From Candidatus Bathyarchaeota archaeon (GTDB taxonomy: Archaea; Thermoproteota; Bathyarchaeia; Bathyarchaeales; Bathyarchaeaceae), in contig CP070754.1 in assembly GCA_020348865.1 (NCBI GenBank), positions 808,612-861,834 of the forward strand: a DNA stretch of 53,223 bases. Reading direction: 5' to 3'. A model generated the notes under the pieces. That model made no database searches and had not been told where the DNA came from. It was given only the letters and a program-made list of their open reading frames with translations. The position numbers and the translations under genes are program-made. Below, piece by piece: positions 26,504-34,814 of the stretch. Numbering within the stretch: the stretch's first letter is position 1; the number at the start of each line of letters is the position of its first letter.

Positions 26504-27811
26504 ATGAGTGTGATGATGGTTCGCAAGACTACCAACGAGACGTTTTTTCAAATCAAAGAGAAGCATACCTCATCTTCTCGGAAAGCCCAGCAAGGCGTTT
26601 TCCGAAGCCTCCTGAGAATTGGTCTAGACAGATTCGCTCAGACATTTAGACAATCCCTCTTTTCGTTGGTCTTTAATCTAGGCGCTATTCTAGCTGGAAC
26701 CTTTCTTGCCTTGTATTTTGAAGTATTCTCCCTAGCTTCATGGACACTCGCTGCGTACCCAGGTATCCTAAGCATGAGAGGGGTCATAGGCGGTCTATTC
26801 AGTGGTCGCCTTAGCACAGGTCTACACTTGGGAACCGTGAGGGTTGGGTTCACCGGAAACACCAGAAATTTCTACTCGCTGTGGCGAGCAACCATCGTAC
26901 TGACATTTGAAAGCAGCATCTTGCTTGGAACAGTTTCTTCGCTATTTGGAATACTGTTTTGGGGAATCAATCCAATAGATACCGTTGCCATTCTGGGCGT
27001 AATCACCGCAACCATGGTGTTGTCACTTGTTTTCATCTCTCCGATAACTGTGGTTGTTTCGGTCTTGTCCTTCAAAAGAGGATTGGACCCAGATATCACC
27101 GTGTATCCAGTCATATCAACGGTGGCTGATATTATTGTCACCGTATGCTACATCATAGCACTAAAAACCTTCTTTTCGCTGAGCCACACAGGACACTATT
27201 TGCTTGGATTCATCAACCTCATTTTCCTATGTCTCGTGCTGTACGTTTTGTCTAAGGACATCAGAAAAGAGGAATTTGCAAGGACAATAAAAGAATCTTT
27301 TCTTACCCTAGCTCTAGTTGCCTTCATCGTAAATGTCACAGGCTCCTTTCTCACTAGGATTTCTGAAGTCATTGGCAGTAGTTCCGAGATGTACATCATC
27401 TACCCTGCATTGATCGATACTGTTGGTAGCGTGGGATCCATTGTCGGTTCAACTGCCACAACAAAGCTGGTTTTGGGAACGCTCAAGCCATCCTTCAGAT
27501 CAATTAGACAACATTCAAGTGAAATCGGTGGTGCTTGGGCGGCGTCTCTTGTACTGTTTGGGCTTTACTCAACAATCTCAAGTGTTACGCAGAGTATGTC
27601 TCTGTTGAGTTTTCTGAGGTTCATTCTGCTCCTCTTTTTCACGAATATCTTGGCTGTCTCATTGATGGTTATTATCGCTTATGCTGTAGGCGTACTCACG
27701 TACCGAAAAGGATGGGATCCAGATAATTTTGTGATTCCCATTGAAAGTTCGTTGGCTGATACAATAACAACTGTGGCTCTTCTTATGGCTCTCAATGTGA
27801 TAGGCCTATGA
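26504..27811 (+). CDS. MgtE-like divalent-cation transporter (tandem MgtE membrane modules, no N-terminal MgtE_N/CBS part)
   Basis: Two repeated modules: YPGILSMRGVIGGLFSGRLSTGLHLG...KRGLDPDITVYPVISTVADI and YPALIDTVGSVGSIVGSTATTKLVLG...RKGWDPDNFVIPIESSLADT. The ORF is open from TTG 26390. ATG 26504/26513 is preceded by GGGAGAGG and seems the more likely start. Confidence 0.7.
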   Translation: MSVMMVRKTTNETFFQIKEKHTSSSRKAQQGVFRSLLRIGLDRFAQTFRQSLFSLVFNLGAILAGTFLALYFEVFSLASWTLAAYPGILSMRGVIGGLFSGRLSTGLHLGTVRVGFTGNTRNFYSLWRATIVLTFESSILLGTVSSLFGILFWGINPIDTVAILGVITATMVLSLVFISPITVVVSVLSFKRGLDPDITVYPVISTVADIIVTVCYIIALKTFFSLSHTGHYLLGFINLIFLCLVLYVLSKDIRKEEFARTIKESFLTLALVAFIVNVTGSFLTRISEVIGSSSEMYIIYPALIDTVGSVGSIVGSTATTKLVLGTLKPSFRSIRQHSSEIGGAWAASLVLFGLYSTISSVTQSMSLLSFLRFILLLFFTNILAVSLMVIIAYAVGVLTYRKGWDPDNFVIPIESSLADTITTVALLMALNVIGL

Positions 27812-27897
27812 TCTAGGCGCTATTCGCCTACAAAGAATGATCATAGTGCCATGCAAGCAGCGCGAAAAGAGAGCTGGTAGTTTGGTCTCTCCTAATC

Positions 27898-28401
27898 TTA
27901 TACAGTTTTTATGGTTTCTTGGAACAGTTTTTTCACTGCGGTTCTTCTCGCCTTTTGCGCAAGAAGGTCAGAAGTCACAAGGTCCAATGCTTCTTCAGGG
28001 CACCATTCAATACACTGGGGTTTGCCTTCGTCCTGACAGAGATCACATATGTAAACCACTTTTGTCTCTGGGTGCAACATGATGGCTCCGTAGTCGCATG
28101 CTTCAATGCACCAGCCACATCCGTTGCAGGCATCTTCATCCACCATGATTGTGCCGGTTTCTTCAGATTGTGTCAAAGCGTCTCTTGGACATGCAGCTAC
28201 GCATGGGGGGTCTTCACAAAGTCTGCAAGTAACCGCAAGGTTGGCGAACGGGTTCAGACGCACAGCGCGTATCCTAGACTTTGTTGGATTGTAGGTTTTT
28301 TCTTTCGTCATTGAGCATGTGTATTCACAAACAGCGCAGCCGACGCATTTGTTTGGGTCTGCAGAGACGAATTTCTTCGACTGGGTTGTAGGCATTTTCA
28401 T
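27898..28401 (-). CDS. 4x[4Fe-4S] polyferredoxin, partner of AOR
   Basis: CVGCAVCEYTC, CRLCEDPPCVAACP, CNGCGWCIEAC and CDLCQDEGKPQCIEWCP. Abuts the aor stop with no gap. Confidence 0.8.
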   Translation of the reverse strand: MKMPTTQSKKFVSADPNKCVGCAVCEYTCSMTKEKTYNPTKSRIRAVRLNPFANLAVTCRLCEDPPCVAACPRDALTQSEETGTIMVDEDACNGCGWCIEACDYGAIMLHPETKVVYICDLCQDEGKPQCIEWCPEEALDLVTSDLLAQKARRTAVKKLFQETIKTV

Positions 28402-30291
28402 TCACCTCTTTCGCTTCGCTTCCTTCTTTGGCTTCTCAGTTTTTCCTTTTACAATGTGAGCGAAGTCGTTCAAACCTAGTTCATTAAGTTTCTTCACTGT
28501 AGGAATGCCGTTCTTAGTCCATCCACGAACCTCGTAGTAGTCATCAAGACCCACGTCAAACTCTCTCTGGTTGACGCAGCTTCCCTTTGCAGCCCCCTTG
28601 TCTGGTATTGGCACAGACATTATTTTCGGTGGCAAAGTGTCATATTCTCTCGTTCCTTTGCCCTCTCTGATGTTGAAAAGCCTTGCTAGGTTGTTTATTC
28701 TTTCGCCGGCCAATCTCAACTGTTCGGCCGTCATCTTGATCCCCGTAGCTAAGCTGTAATATCTTGCCATGTCTTCAAGCCCATCGTAGTATACGCCTCT
28801 TGAAAATTTGCACAATATGAGCGAGTCGATAACGTTGTATTGATCTTCCAGATCCATGACTATTGCTCCTCTTCCCTTCTCAAGCTTGTAACGGTCAACG
28901 CTTCCTTTTATGTCAGGTGAGTAAGCTCCAGATCTGAGGTGGCATGCCCCACGGAAGGAAACAGCGAATCCCAAAGCAGCGGTTTTTAGCCCTCTAAGGT
29001 CATAACCTGGAAGCTCCAATCCCTTTATATGATTGGCAAATTTCACTGCGCCTTTGCCGATTTCTTCCGCAGCTCTCATAGTTCCCTCTCCGAGTACATT
29101 CCCCAACCCATCCTTTCGAGAACCGATTCTCTTGACCATCTCCACCAAGGCTTTATGATTGCCAAAGCGTAGGTCCAAGCCTTCTGTATCTTTCTTCGTC
29201 AGGATACCGTTCTCGAAGCAGTCCATAGCAAAGCTCACAATAACACCTGTGGAGATGCCATCCATACCGTAGTAGTTGCATTGGTTGATTGCCTCGATAA
29301 CCGCATCTAAATGATCGACACCACAGTTGGGTCCGAGTGCCCACAAACACTCAAATTCCACCCTCGTAGTTGTCCCCTTGTATGGGCCCTCAGGAATGAA
29401 TGCAATGTGGTCGCATCGCATGCCACATGTTGCGCATCCAAGGATTTTCTTGATGTAACGCTCATTCAAGTATTCTCCGCTAACTTTCTCTGCGCCTTCA
29501 AAGGTTGCCTGAGTGAAATTCCTCGTAGGTAAAGCCGCTAAGGCGTTCATAACAAGAACGTTCTCTGGAGTTCCTAAGGTTCTGTATTTCCTTGTTTTTG
29601 GGCCTTTCATGCGTTCGTGTATCATTTTTATGAATTCTTTGAACTCCTCAAGGTTCGCCACGTTTACATCTTTTGTTCCTCGAACAGCAATAGCCTTGAG
29701 GTTCTTCGACCCCATCACGGCGCCCATACCAGTTCTTCCTATTGCTCTAAACTCGTCGTTTAAGATGCAAGCGACTCGGACAAGTTTTTCTCCAGCTTCA
29801 CCAATCGACGCCACGCGGATGTAGTAGTCACCAAGCTCTTCTTTGATTGCTTCTTCAGTCTCATGGGGAGACTTTCCCTTCAGAGTTTCAGCGTCCATAA
29901 GCTGGACTGAATCGTCGTCGATCCACAGATAGATCAGCTTCTCAGATTTACCTGAGATAATGACGGCATCATAGCCAGCTCTTTTCAACTCGGCTCCAAA
30001 GAAGCCATGAGCTTTTGATTCAGCTACTCCTCCGGTTGAAGGTGACTTCGAAACGACTGCGTAACTGTTTCCTGCGGAAGGCGCCATAGTGCCGCTAAGA
30101 GGTCCAGTAGCGAGAATCAAAGGGTTCTTGGGACTGAAAGGATCAGTGCCAGGCTTGGAATTATCAAAGAGTAGGCGCATTCCAAGTCCTATGCCTCCTA
30201 TGAAATTCTTTGCTAGCTCAATGTTCAGAGGCTTAGTTTCAGTCTTTCCACTTGTCAAGTCTATGTGAAGTGTTTTTCCTGCGTAGCTCAT
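28402..30291 (-). CDS. aor: tungsten-type aldehyde:ferredoxin oxidoreductase
   Basis: 629 aa. N-terminal GKTLHIDLTSGKTE...FIGGIGLGMRLL, cluster motif GCATCGMRCDH, and LILCKF...YY..RGW-type C-terminus (YYEVRGWTKNGIPT). Confidence 0.9.
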   Translation of the reverse strand: MSYAGKTLHIDLTSGKTETKPLNIELAKNFIGGIGLGMRLLFDNSKPGTDPFSPKNPLILATGPLSGTMAPSAGNSYAVVSKSPSTGGVAESKAHGFFGAELKRAGYDAVIISGKSEKLIYLWIDDDSVQLMDAETLKGKSPHETEEAIKEELGDYYIRVASIGEAGEKLVRVACILNDEFRAIGRTGMGAVMGSKNLKAIAVRGTKDVNVANLEEFKEFIKMIHERMKGPKTRKYRTLGTPENVLVMNALAALPTRNFTQATFEGAEKVSGEYLNERYIKKILGCATCGMRCDHIAFIPEGPYKGTTTRVEFECLWALGPNCGVDHLDAVIEAINQCNYYGMDGISTGVIVSFAMDCFENGILTKKDTEGLDLRFGNHKALVEMVKRIGSRKDGLGNVLGEGTMRAAEEIGKGAVKFANHIKGLELPGYDLRGLKTAALGFAVSFRGACHLRSGAYSPDIKGSVDRYKLEKGRGAIVMDLEDQYNVIDSLILCKFSRGVYYDGLEDMARYYSLATGIKMTAEQLRLAGERINNLARLFNIREGKGTREYDTLPPKIMSVPIPDKGAAKGSCVNQREFDVGLDDYYEVRGWTKNGIPTVKKLNELGLNDFAHIVKGKTEKPKKEAKRKR

Positions 30292-30364
30292 CCTATTTCA
30301 CCTATTACTCATGATATGATGTTTGGAGAGAGTAATTAGGAAGAATGGATAGATATTAATTTTC

Positions 30365-31576
30365 CTAAATCTCCAAACAAGTTTCCATAGTTGTTAGGTT
30401 GTTGCATCCACTCTTCGTGACTTCTACAATGTCTTCTATTCTGACTCCACCTACTGCGGGATCGTACAATCCAGGTTCAATCGTGACTATGTTGTTTTCT
30501 TCTAGTGGAAATTTGTAAAGTTCGCTGAGGCTTGGTCCTTCATGTATCTGTAGCCCCACTCCGTGTCCCAAGCCGTGGATAAAGCCTTTTTTCACTCGTT
30601 TTCCACCTCTTATCGTCTTGAAGCCTGCTTTCTCTAACACGTCACAGCATACATCGTTTACATCGTTGCCGAGGACCCCTGCGTGAAGAGCGTCCATCGA
30701 AGCGTTTTTTGCTTCGTAAACCGCATTGAACATTTTCTTCACTTCGTCTGAGGCTCTTCCCTTCACAATCGTCCGGGTCATATCTGACCAGTAGCGTCTC
30801 CTTTCACTTCTCGGGAAGACATCCATAATGATGGGTGTATTCGCTTTGAGTTTGTCGTCTGGGTTACCCGTGTAGTGTGGGTCTGCCCCAGGTGGACCAC
30901 ATGCTAGTATGGCTTCTTCTTCATTGACGATTCCTTGGTCAAGAAACTTATGTCCGATGAGTGACTTCACTTTTCTAACTGTTAGAGGTTGCTTTCTCCC
31001 GTCGACCTTGGAGATTAACGTTTGGTTTGCGTCCACATCGGTTTCTGCTATTGTGTCTATTGCTTCGGACACGGCTTTCTCAGTAATCATCTGCACCGTC
31101 TTAATCACCTCTACCTCGCTCGAATCTTTGGTTTCTCTGGCTTTTTCGATTACGTCGAACATGGGTTCGATGGTCAGACCTTCCTTCCTCAGCACATCCG
31201 CAGCAAATGTTGGGAAGTTGGGAGGTACATAGATAGCTGTTCCTTTGCCAAGCTCCTTTTCTGCGACTGAGGCTATGAATTTCATGCCTCCGAGTTTGAG
31301 GTCTTTTCCGGACTTCACCACTTCCAAGTAGTTGTAGTCCATGTAGGAACGTACGTCTCTGACGATTGATTCCTTTTGTGCACGCGGATACTCCATTGAA
31401 TTGATGACTATCATTGGTTCTGAATCGACTCTTTTGAGGAGTATGAAGCGGTCTGGAGCCAGAAACTTGGTCAAATAATACATGTTGGCGTCCCTGTAAC
31501 TTTCTGCATAGAGGAGCAACGCTTCTGCTCCTTTCTCAGCAAGAATGTTATCTAAATCCTTTCTCAAAACGTTCAC
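30365..31576 (-). CDS. M24-family Xaa-Pro peptidase
   Basis: 403 aa. Creatinase-like N-domain. Metal-ligand blocks HGLGHGVGLQIHEGP, VTIEPGLY and GGVRIEDIV. Confidence 0.85.
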   Translation of the reverse strand: MNVLRKDLDNILAEKGAEALLLYAESYRDANMYYLTKFLAPDRFILLKRVDSEPMIVINSMEYPRAQKESIVRDVRSYMDYNYLEVVKSGKDLKLGGMKFIASVAEKELGKGTAIYVPPNFPTFAADVLRKEGLTIEPMFDVIEKARETKDSSEVEVIKTVQMITEKAVSEAIDTIAETDVDANQTLISKVDGRKQPLTVRKVKSLIGHKFLDQGIVNEEEAILACGPPGADPHYTGNPDDKLKANTPIIMDVFPRSERRRYWSDMTRTIVKGRASDEVKKMFNAVYEAKNASMDALHAGVLGNDVNDVCCDVLEKAGFKTIRGGKRVKKGFIHGLGHGVGLQIHEGPSLSELYKFPLEENNIVTIEPGLYDPAVGGVRIEDIVEVTKSGCNNLTTMETCLEI

Positions 31577-31660
31577 ACTCTACTAGCAGGTCCCATTAGA
31601 CTTCTAATGTATCTCAAATGGTTACCTTAATTTAAGTTTAAACCATGAATATCTCCATTT

Positions 31661-31957
31661 GTGAACATCGAATCCACAAGTTCACGTCAAAAAATTACAA
31701 TAAAGGTTTTCCGTCACAAGCGGGCAATGGAGGTGAAACAATTGGAAATTGTGATTGGAAAAACCTTTAAGAATACGACCGTGAATCTGGATTTTTCGAC
31801 TTATGATAAATGTAGCTTCATCAACTGCACAATACACTCAGACTACGGCATATTCAGGCTCGCCAACAACGACTTCACCCACTGCAAGCTTTCACTGGGG
31901 CAACCCGCCAGAAACATAGCCTACCTAGTCAAGCAGTTTTCCGAAAAGCGTTCATGA
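31661..31957 (+). CDS. hypothetical protein
   Basis: 98-aa ORF with a GTG start (internal ATG at MEVKQLE...). No recognisable motif. Confidence 0.3.
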   Translation: MNIESTSSRQKITIKVFRHKRAMEVKQLEIVIGKTFKNTTVNLDFSTYDKCSFINCTIHSDYGIFRLANNDFTHCKLSLGQPARNIAYLVKQFSEKRS

Positions 31958-32159
31958 CCCCTTACGCGCGCTCTAGTCGAACCATTCGTCGTCGCCTGTC
32001 AACCTCTTCTGTATTCTGAGTCGCTTCTTCTTTTTCTTCTTCCGCTGTTCAGGTCCCATAACGTTTCCCGCCCAAAGCTATAATTACTTCTTGAATCAAT
32101 GAATAGTTCTCATATTCTTGGCTAACTCGATGTGGGCACATATATGCAGGCTGAGACCC

Positions 32160-33089
32160 TCAATTCGCCGTTTTTCCAACTACACCTTTGGAGATTGAGT
32201 GACCGTGATAGTCGAGAAGTTGAATGGACTGTTGCAGGTCAAGCTTATTCTTGTCGTAGAGACAAAGTCCACACATGTCATAAGTAGATCTTCTGCCAAG
32301 TTCTGCTTCGTATCTAAGAGCCTCTTTGCTCTTTCCGTAGTCAAAGAACACTCCCATTTCGCCAACAGCACGCAATCCCGTAAATCCAGTCTTTTTCTTT
32401 TCTTTAAGTAGTCTCAGCCAGTTGGCAACGATAGTTTTAGCTCGGGCTTTCCCTTTTTTTAGATACCATTCGCGAGCAGACATAATTGTAAGTGCTCCTG
32501 CGCGGAATCGGTCAAGGTCTATTCCATATCTCAGGATTGCTTGGTCCTCTGAGCTCAACCTATGTTCTGATGCTAGATAGAAGACGGCATCGTTCTTTTG
32601 CAGCCCCGCTTCTATGAAAGGGAACAGCATTTTGTGTTTGAAATCTTCCGTCTTGTAGAAGCCGACAGCATGGTCTCCAAGTCCAAGATGTTGGATGCAA
32701 TCCGTGAGTCTTCTTCCTACAGAGGTTACGAAGCGAAAATTCTGAATACTTGCATCCAACAATCTTCCTGTGTGTGTTAGACAATATTTCTTTGTTGACG
32801 GTTCAAGTTCAACAAAGCCCTTCAGATCCCTCAAATGATGACCGAATTTGTCATGGTCGCCATCGGTGACCGCATTGAAAAGCTCTGTATATGATAAATC
32901 TCCATCTGCCAAACACTCAATGATTCTTCTCTTAATGCGATGTGACATCGCTCTATAGATTTCAGCATCCCATGCGTTCAAACAATGCACAAACCGAATA
33001 CGGCTGTTACAAAGAGACTCGGTGTTCCACTTATCTCTTTCGTGTGGAGAATTTCGAAAATAATGAATTATTCTACAAGGATACAGCAA
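32160..33089 (-). CDS. wHTH (ArsR-like) plus MEDS-domain regulator
   Basis: N-terminal RIKRRIIECLADGDLSYTELFNAV. The C-terminal part HAVGFYKTEDFKHKMLFPFIEAGLQKNDAVFYL...CLYD matches my recollection of the MEDS sensory domain. Confidence 0.55.
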   Translation of the reverse strand: MLYPCRIIHYFRNSPHERDKWNTESLCNSRIRFVHCLNAWDAEIYRAMSHRIKRRIIECLADGDLSYTELFNAVTDGDHDKFGHHLRDLKGFVELEPSTKKYCLTHTGRLLDASIQNFRFVTSVGRRLTDCIQHLGLGDHAVGFYKTEDFKHKMLFPFIEAGLQKNDAVFYLASEHRLSSEDQAILRYGIDLDRFRAGALTIMSAREWYLKKGKARAKTIVANWLRLLKEKKKTGFTGLRAVGEMGVFFDYGKSKEALRYEAELGRRSTYDMCGLCLYDKNKLDLQQSIQLLDYHGHSISKGVVGKTAN

Positions 33090-33171
33090 GGAAGGTAATA
33101 GATTTTTGCCGGGAAAACAGCATAAGATTACACATAAAAGAAGGCACTCCTTACAGTGAGATCAAGAGTAG

Positions 33172-33279
33172 AAAGATATTCAGAACATAGAAAAAGAAGG
33201 ATTCTCCATCAAAGAATTGGATGTATCAGAGTTCCGCAAGGGAGATGGTACCCTAACATGTCTGTCAATAACCTGGTAG
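33172..33279 (+). pseudogene. 3'-terminal remnant of an amidinotransferase/DDAH/arginine-deiminase-superfamily gene
   Basis: A 35-codon open frame ends ...EKEGFSIKELDVSEFRKGDGTLTCLSITW*. This is the characteristic C-terminal catalytic-Cys block of that superfamily, yet no upstream body or start exists. Confidence 0.35.
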
Positions 33280-33351
33280 TTGTTCTGAATCCAGGTGACT
33301 ACTGACATCTTCGCCTATGCACGAGCTATTATGGATTGGCATGTTTTTGTC

Positions 33352-34329
33352 CTAAGGGGTTTCTTGTCCCATAGGTACGAGATATGTTAGGTCATCTTGG
33401 CCCAGAATGACCACAAAATTCTGGGTTTTACTTGAAATCTCCTTCAAAGCCTCCAAAGTCAAGTAGAGTTTAGTCAGTTCTGTCGCATTCATATCAGTGT
33501 TCTCACCTATTATTCGAATCGATTCAGCAGTTCCATTGGCAATGATTAACCGAGACGAGGCTTCACCCTCAGCCTTAATAATGTTCTCAGTCGCAGACGC
33601 GTTGGCTAGAATGAGGATTGTTTCCCTTTCAAATTCTGCCTGCAGTTTCGCTTGTTGTGCCGCCAATTTGCTTTCAATGGCAAGCAGAAAGTCGGTCGGC
33701 GGGGCTATATCTCTTAAATCAACCTCAACGCTTTTGAGTGAATCCACCAATGATTTTTCAGCATACAGTGAAGCGGTGATTTCAGTGCTCAAATCGCTAG
33801 TTATTGTGGATCTATTCTCGATTATTTGAATCGCTGTGTATTGCCCAACGACGTCCCTCGTAATTTCTCTGACAACTGATGAAACAGACTGGGCCTTCCA
33901 ATCTAAGTTAGGAAATGTTTGATATAGCTCTTTCAGCTTTGTGTAGTCCAGACTCCATCTTACCAGCAGATCTACTTCTATCCTCAATCCGTCTTTGCTT
34001 ATGGGCGTAATTGCTGGGTAGTCACCTTGCACTAGACCTTCTGTCCACATGCCAACACTGTCCAATGCATAGTAGATGTGAATGTCAGATACCCACGGCG
34101 CCTTAAAGAACCAAGCAGGGCCAACAATCGGCTCTGAAACGGTTCCACCGAGGGGGTCAACAAGGACGGCCCCATAACCAACACCGACAGTCCTAAAGAC
34201 TGTCAGCGGGACTACAATCGCGAGAATTATCAACACAATCAACAATATCACCCCTCCTCTCAACAGCCAACTTCTCTTTCCAATTCCAAATCTAGGCTCC
34301 TCCTCTTCCACGCAATCACCTCCTTTCAA
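33352..34329 (-). CDS. SPFH/band-7 (prohibitin/stomatin-like) membrane protein
   Basis: 325 aa. N-terminal TM helix (GVILLIVLIILAIVVPL), an SPFH core (VVREITRDVVGQYTAIQIIENRSTI) and a coiled-coil AQQAKLQAEFERE. Confidence 0.8.
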   Translation of the reverse strand: MKGGDCVEEEEPRFGIGKRSWLLRGGVILLIVLIILAIVVPLTVFRTVGVGYGAVLVDPLGGTVSEPIVGPAWFFKAPWVSDIHIYYALDSVGMWTEGLVQGDYPAITPISKDGLRIEVDLLVRWSLDYTKLKELYQTFPNLDWKAQSVSSVVREITRDVVGQYTAIQIIENRSTITSDLSTEITASLYAEKSLVDSLKSVEVDLRDIAPPTDFLLAIESKLAAQQAKLQAEFERETILILANASATENIIKAEGEASSRLIIANGTAESIRIIGENTDMNATELTKLYLTLEALKEISSKTQNFVVILGQDDLTYLVPMGQETP

Positions 34330-34357
34330 GTTTGGTTAGAAAACAACTAATACATGG

Positions 34358-34729
34358 ATGTATTTTACACTTCGTATAGATAATTTCAGGAGAACCTTGA
34401 TGAGGCGCGTCAGGAACAAACGGGATGCGAGGTTGAAGCCGTTCAAATCCTTTCCCAGATACATTATTTTCACAGAGGATGAGTTGCTTTTTCTCATAGT
34501 CTGCATAGCATTAGACATCAGTGAATATATAGTTACGATTCTGCTTCTCTCCGGAGTAGGTGATTTTCTCGACATAGTTGGAATTATCGCTTGCCTTGTT
34601 ATGTTTCGCTTGATTGGAATAGTTTCTGTGTTTGAGTTGATCCCAGGTGCAGACATACTCCCTACTTTCGTTATTACATGGCTAATATGGTATTCTCTCA
34701 AAAAACGAAAGGCGCACATGCCCACCTGA
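34358..34729 (+). CDS. small hypothetical membrane protein
   Basis: The 123-aa ORF has hydrophobic helices (LLFLIVCIALDISEYIVTILLLSGVGDFLDIVGIIACLVMF...). The overlapping minus-strand ORF looks random. Start possibly ATG 34400. Confidence 0.4.
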   Translation: MYFTLRIDNFRRTLMRRVRNKRDARLKPFKSFPRYIIFTEDELLFLIVCIALDISEYIVTILLLSGVGDFLDIVGIIACLVMFRLIGIVSVFELIPGADILPTFVITWLIWYSLKKRKAHMPT

Positions 34730-34814
34730 ATCTTCATCTACAGTTGAAAAGACACAGCAAGCATTTTAACGGGATACCAAGTAACCTAGACCAAGGTAGA
34801 CAACATTCCAGAAG

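Noticed and set aside
34336-34737. 133-aa minus-strand ORF overlapping the small membrane-protein gene
   Set aside because: Its translation has no hydrophobic or motif structure, whereas the + strand frame encodes clear TM helices.
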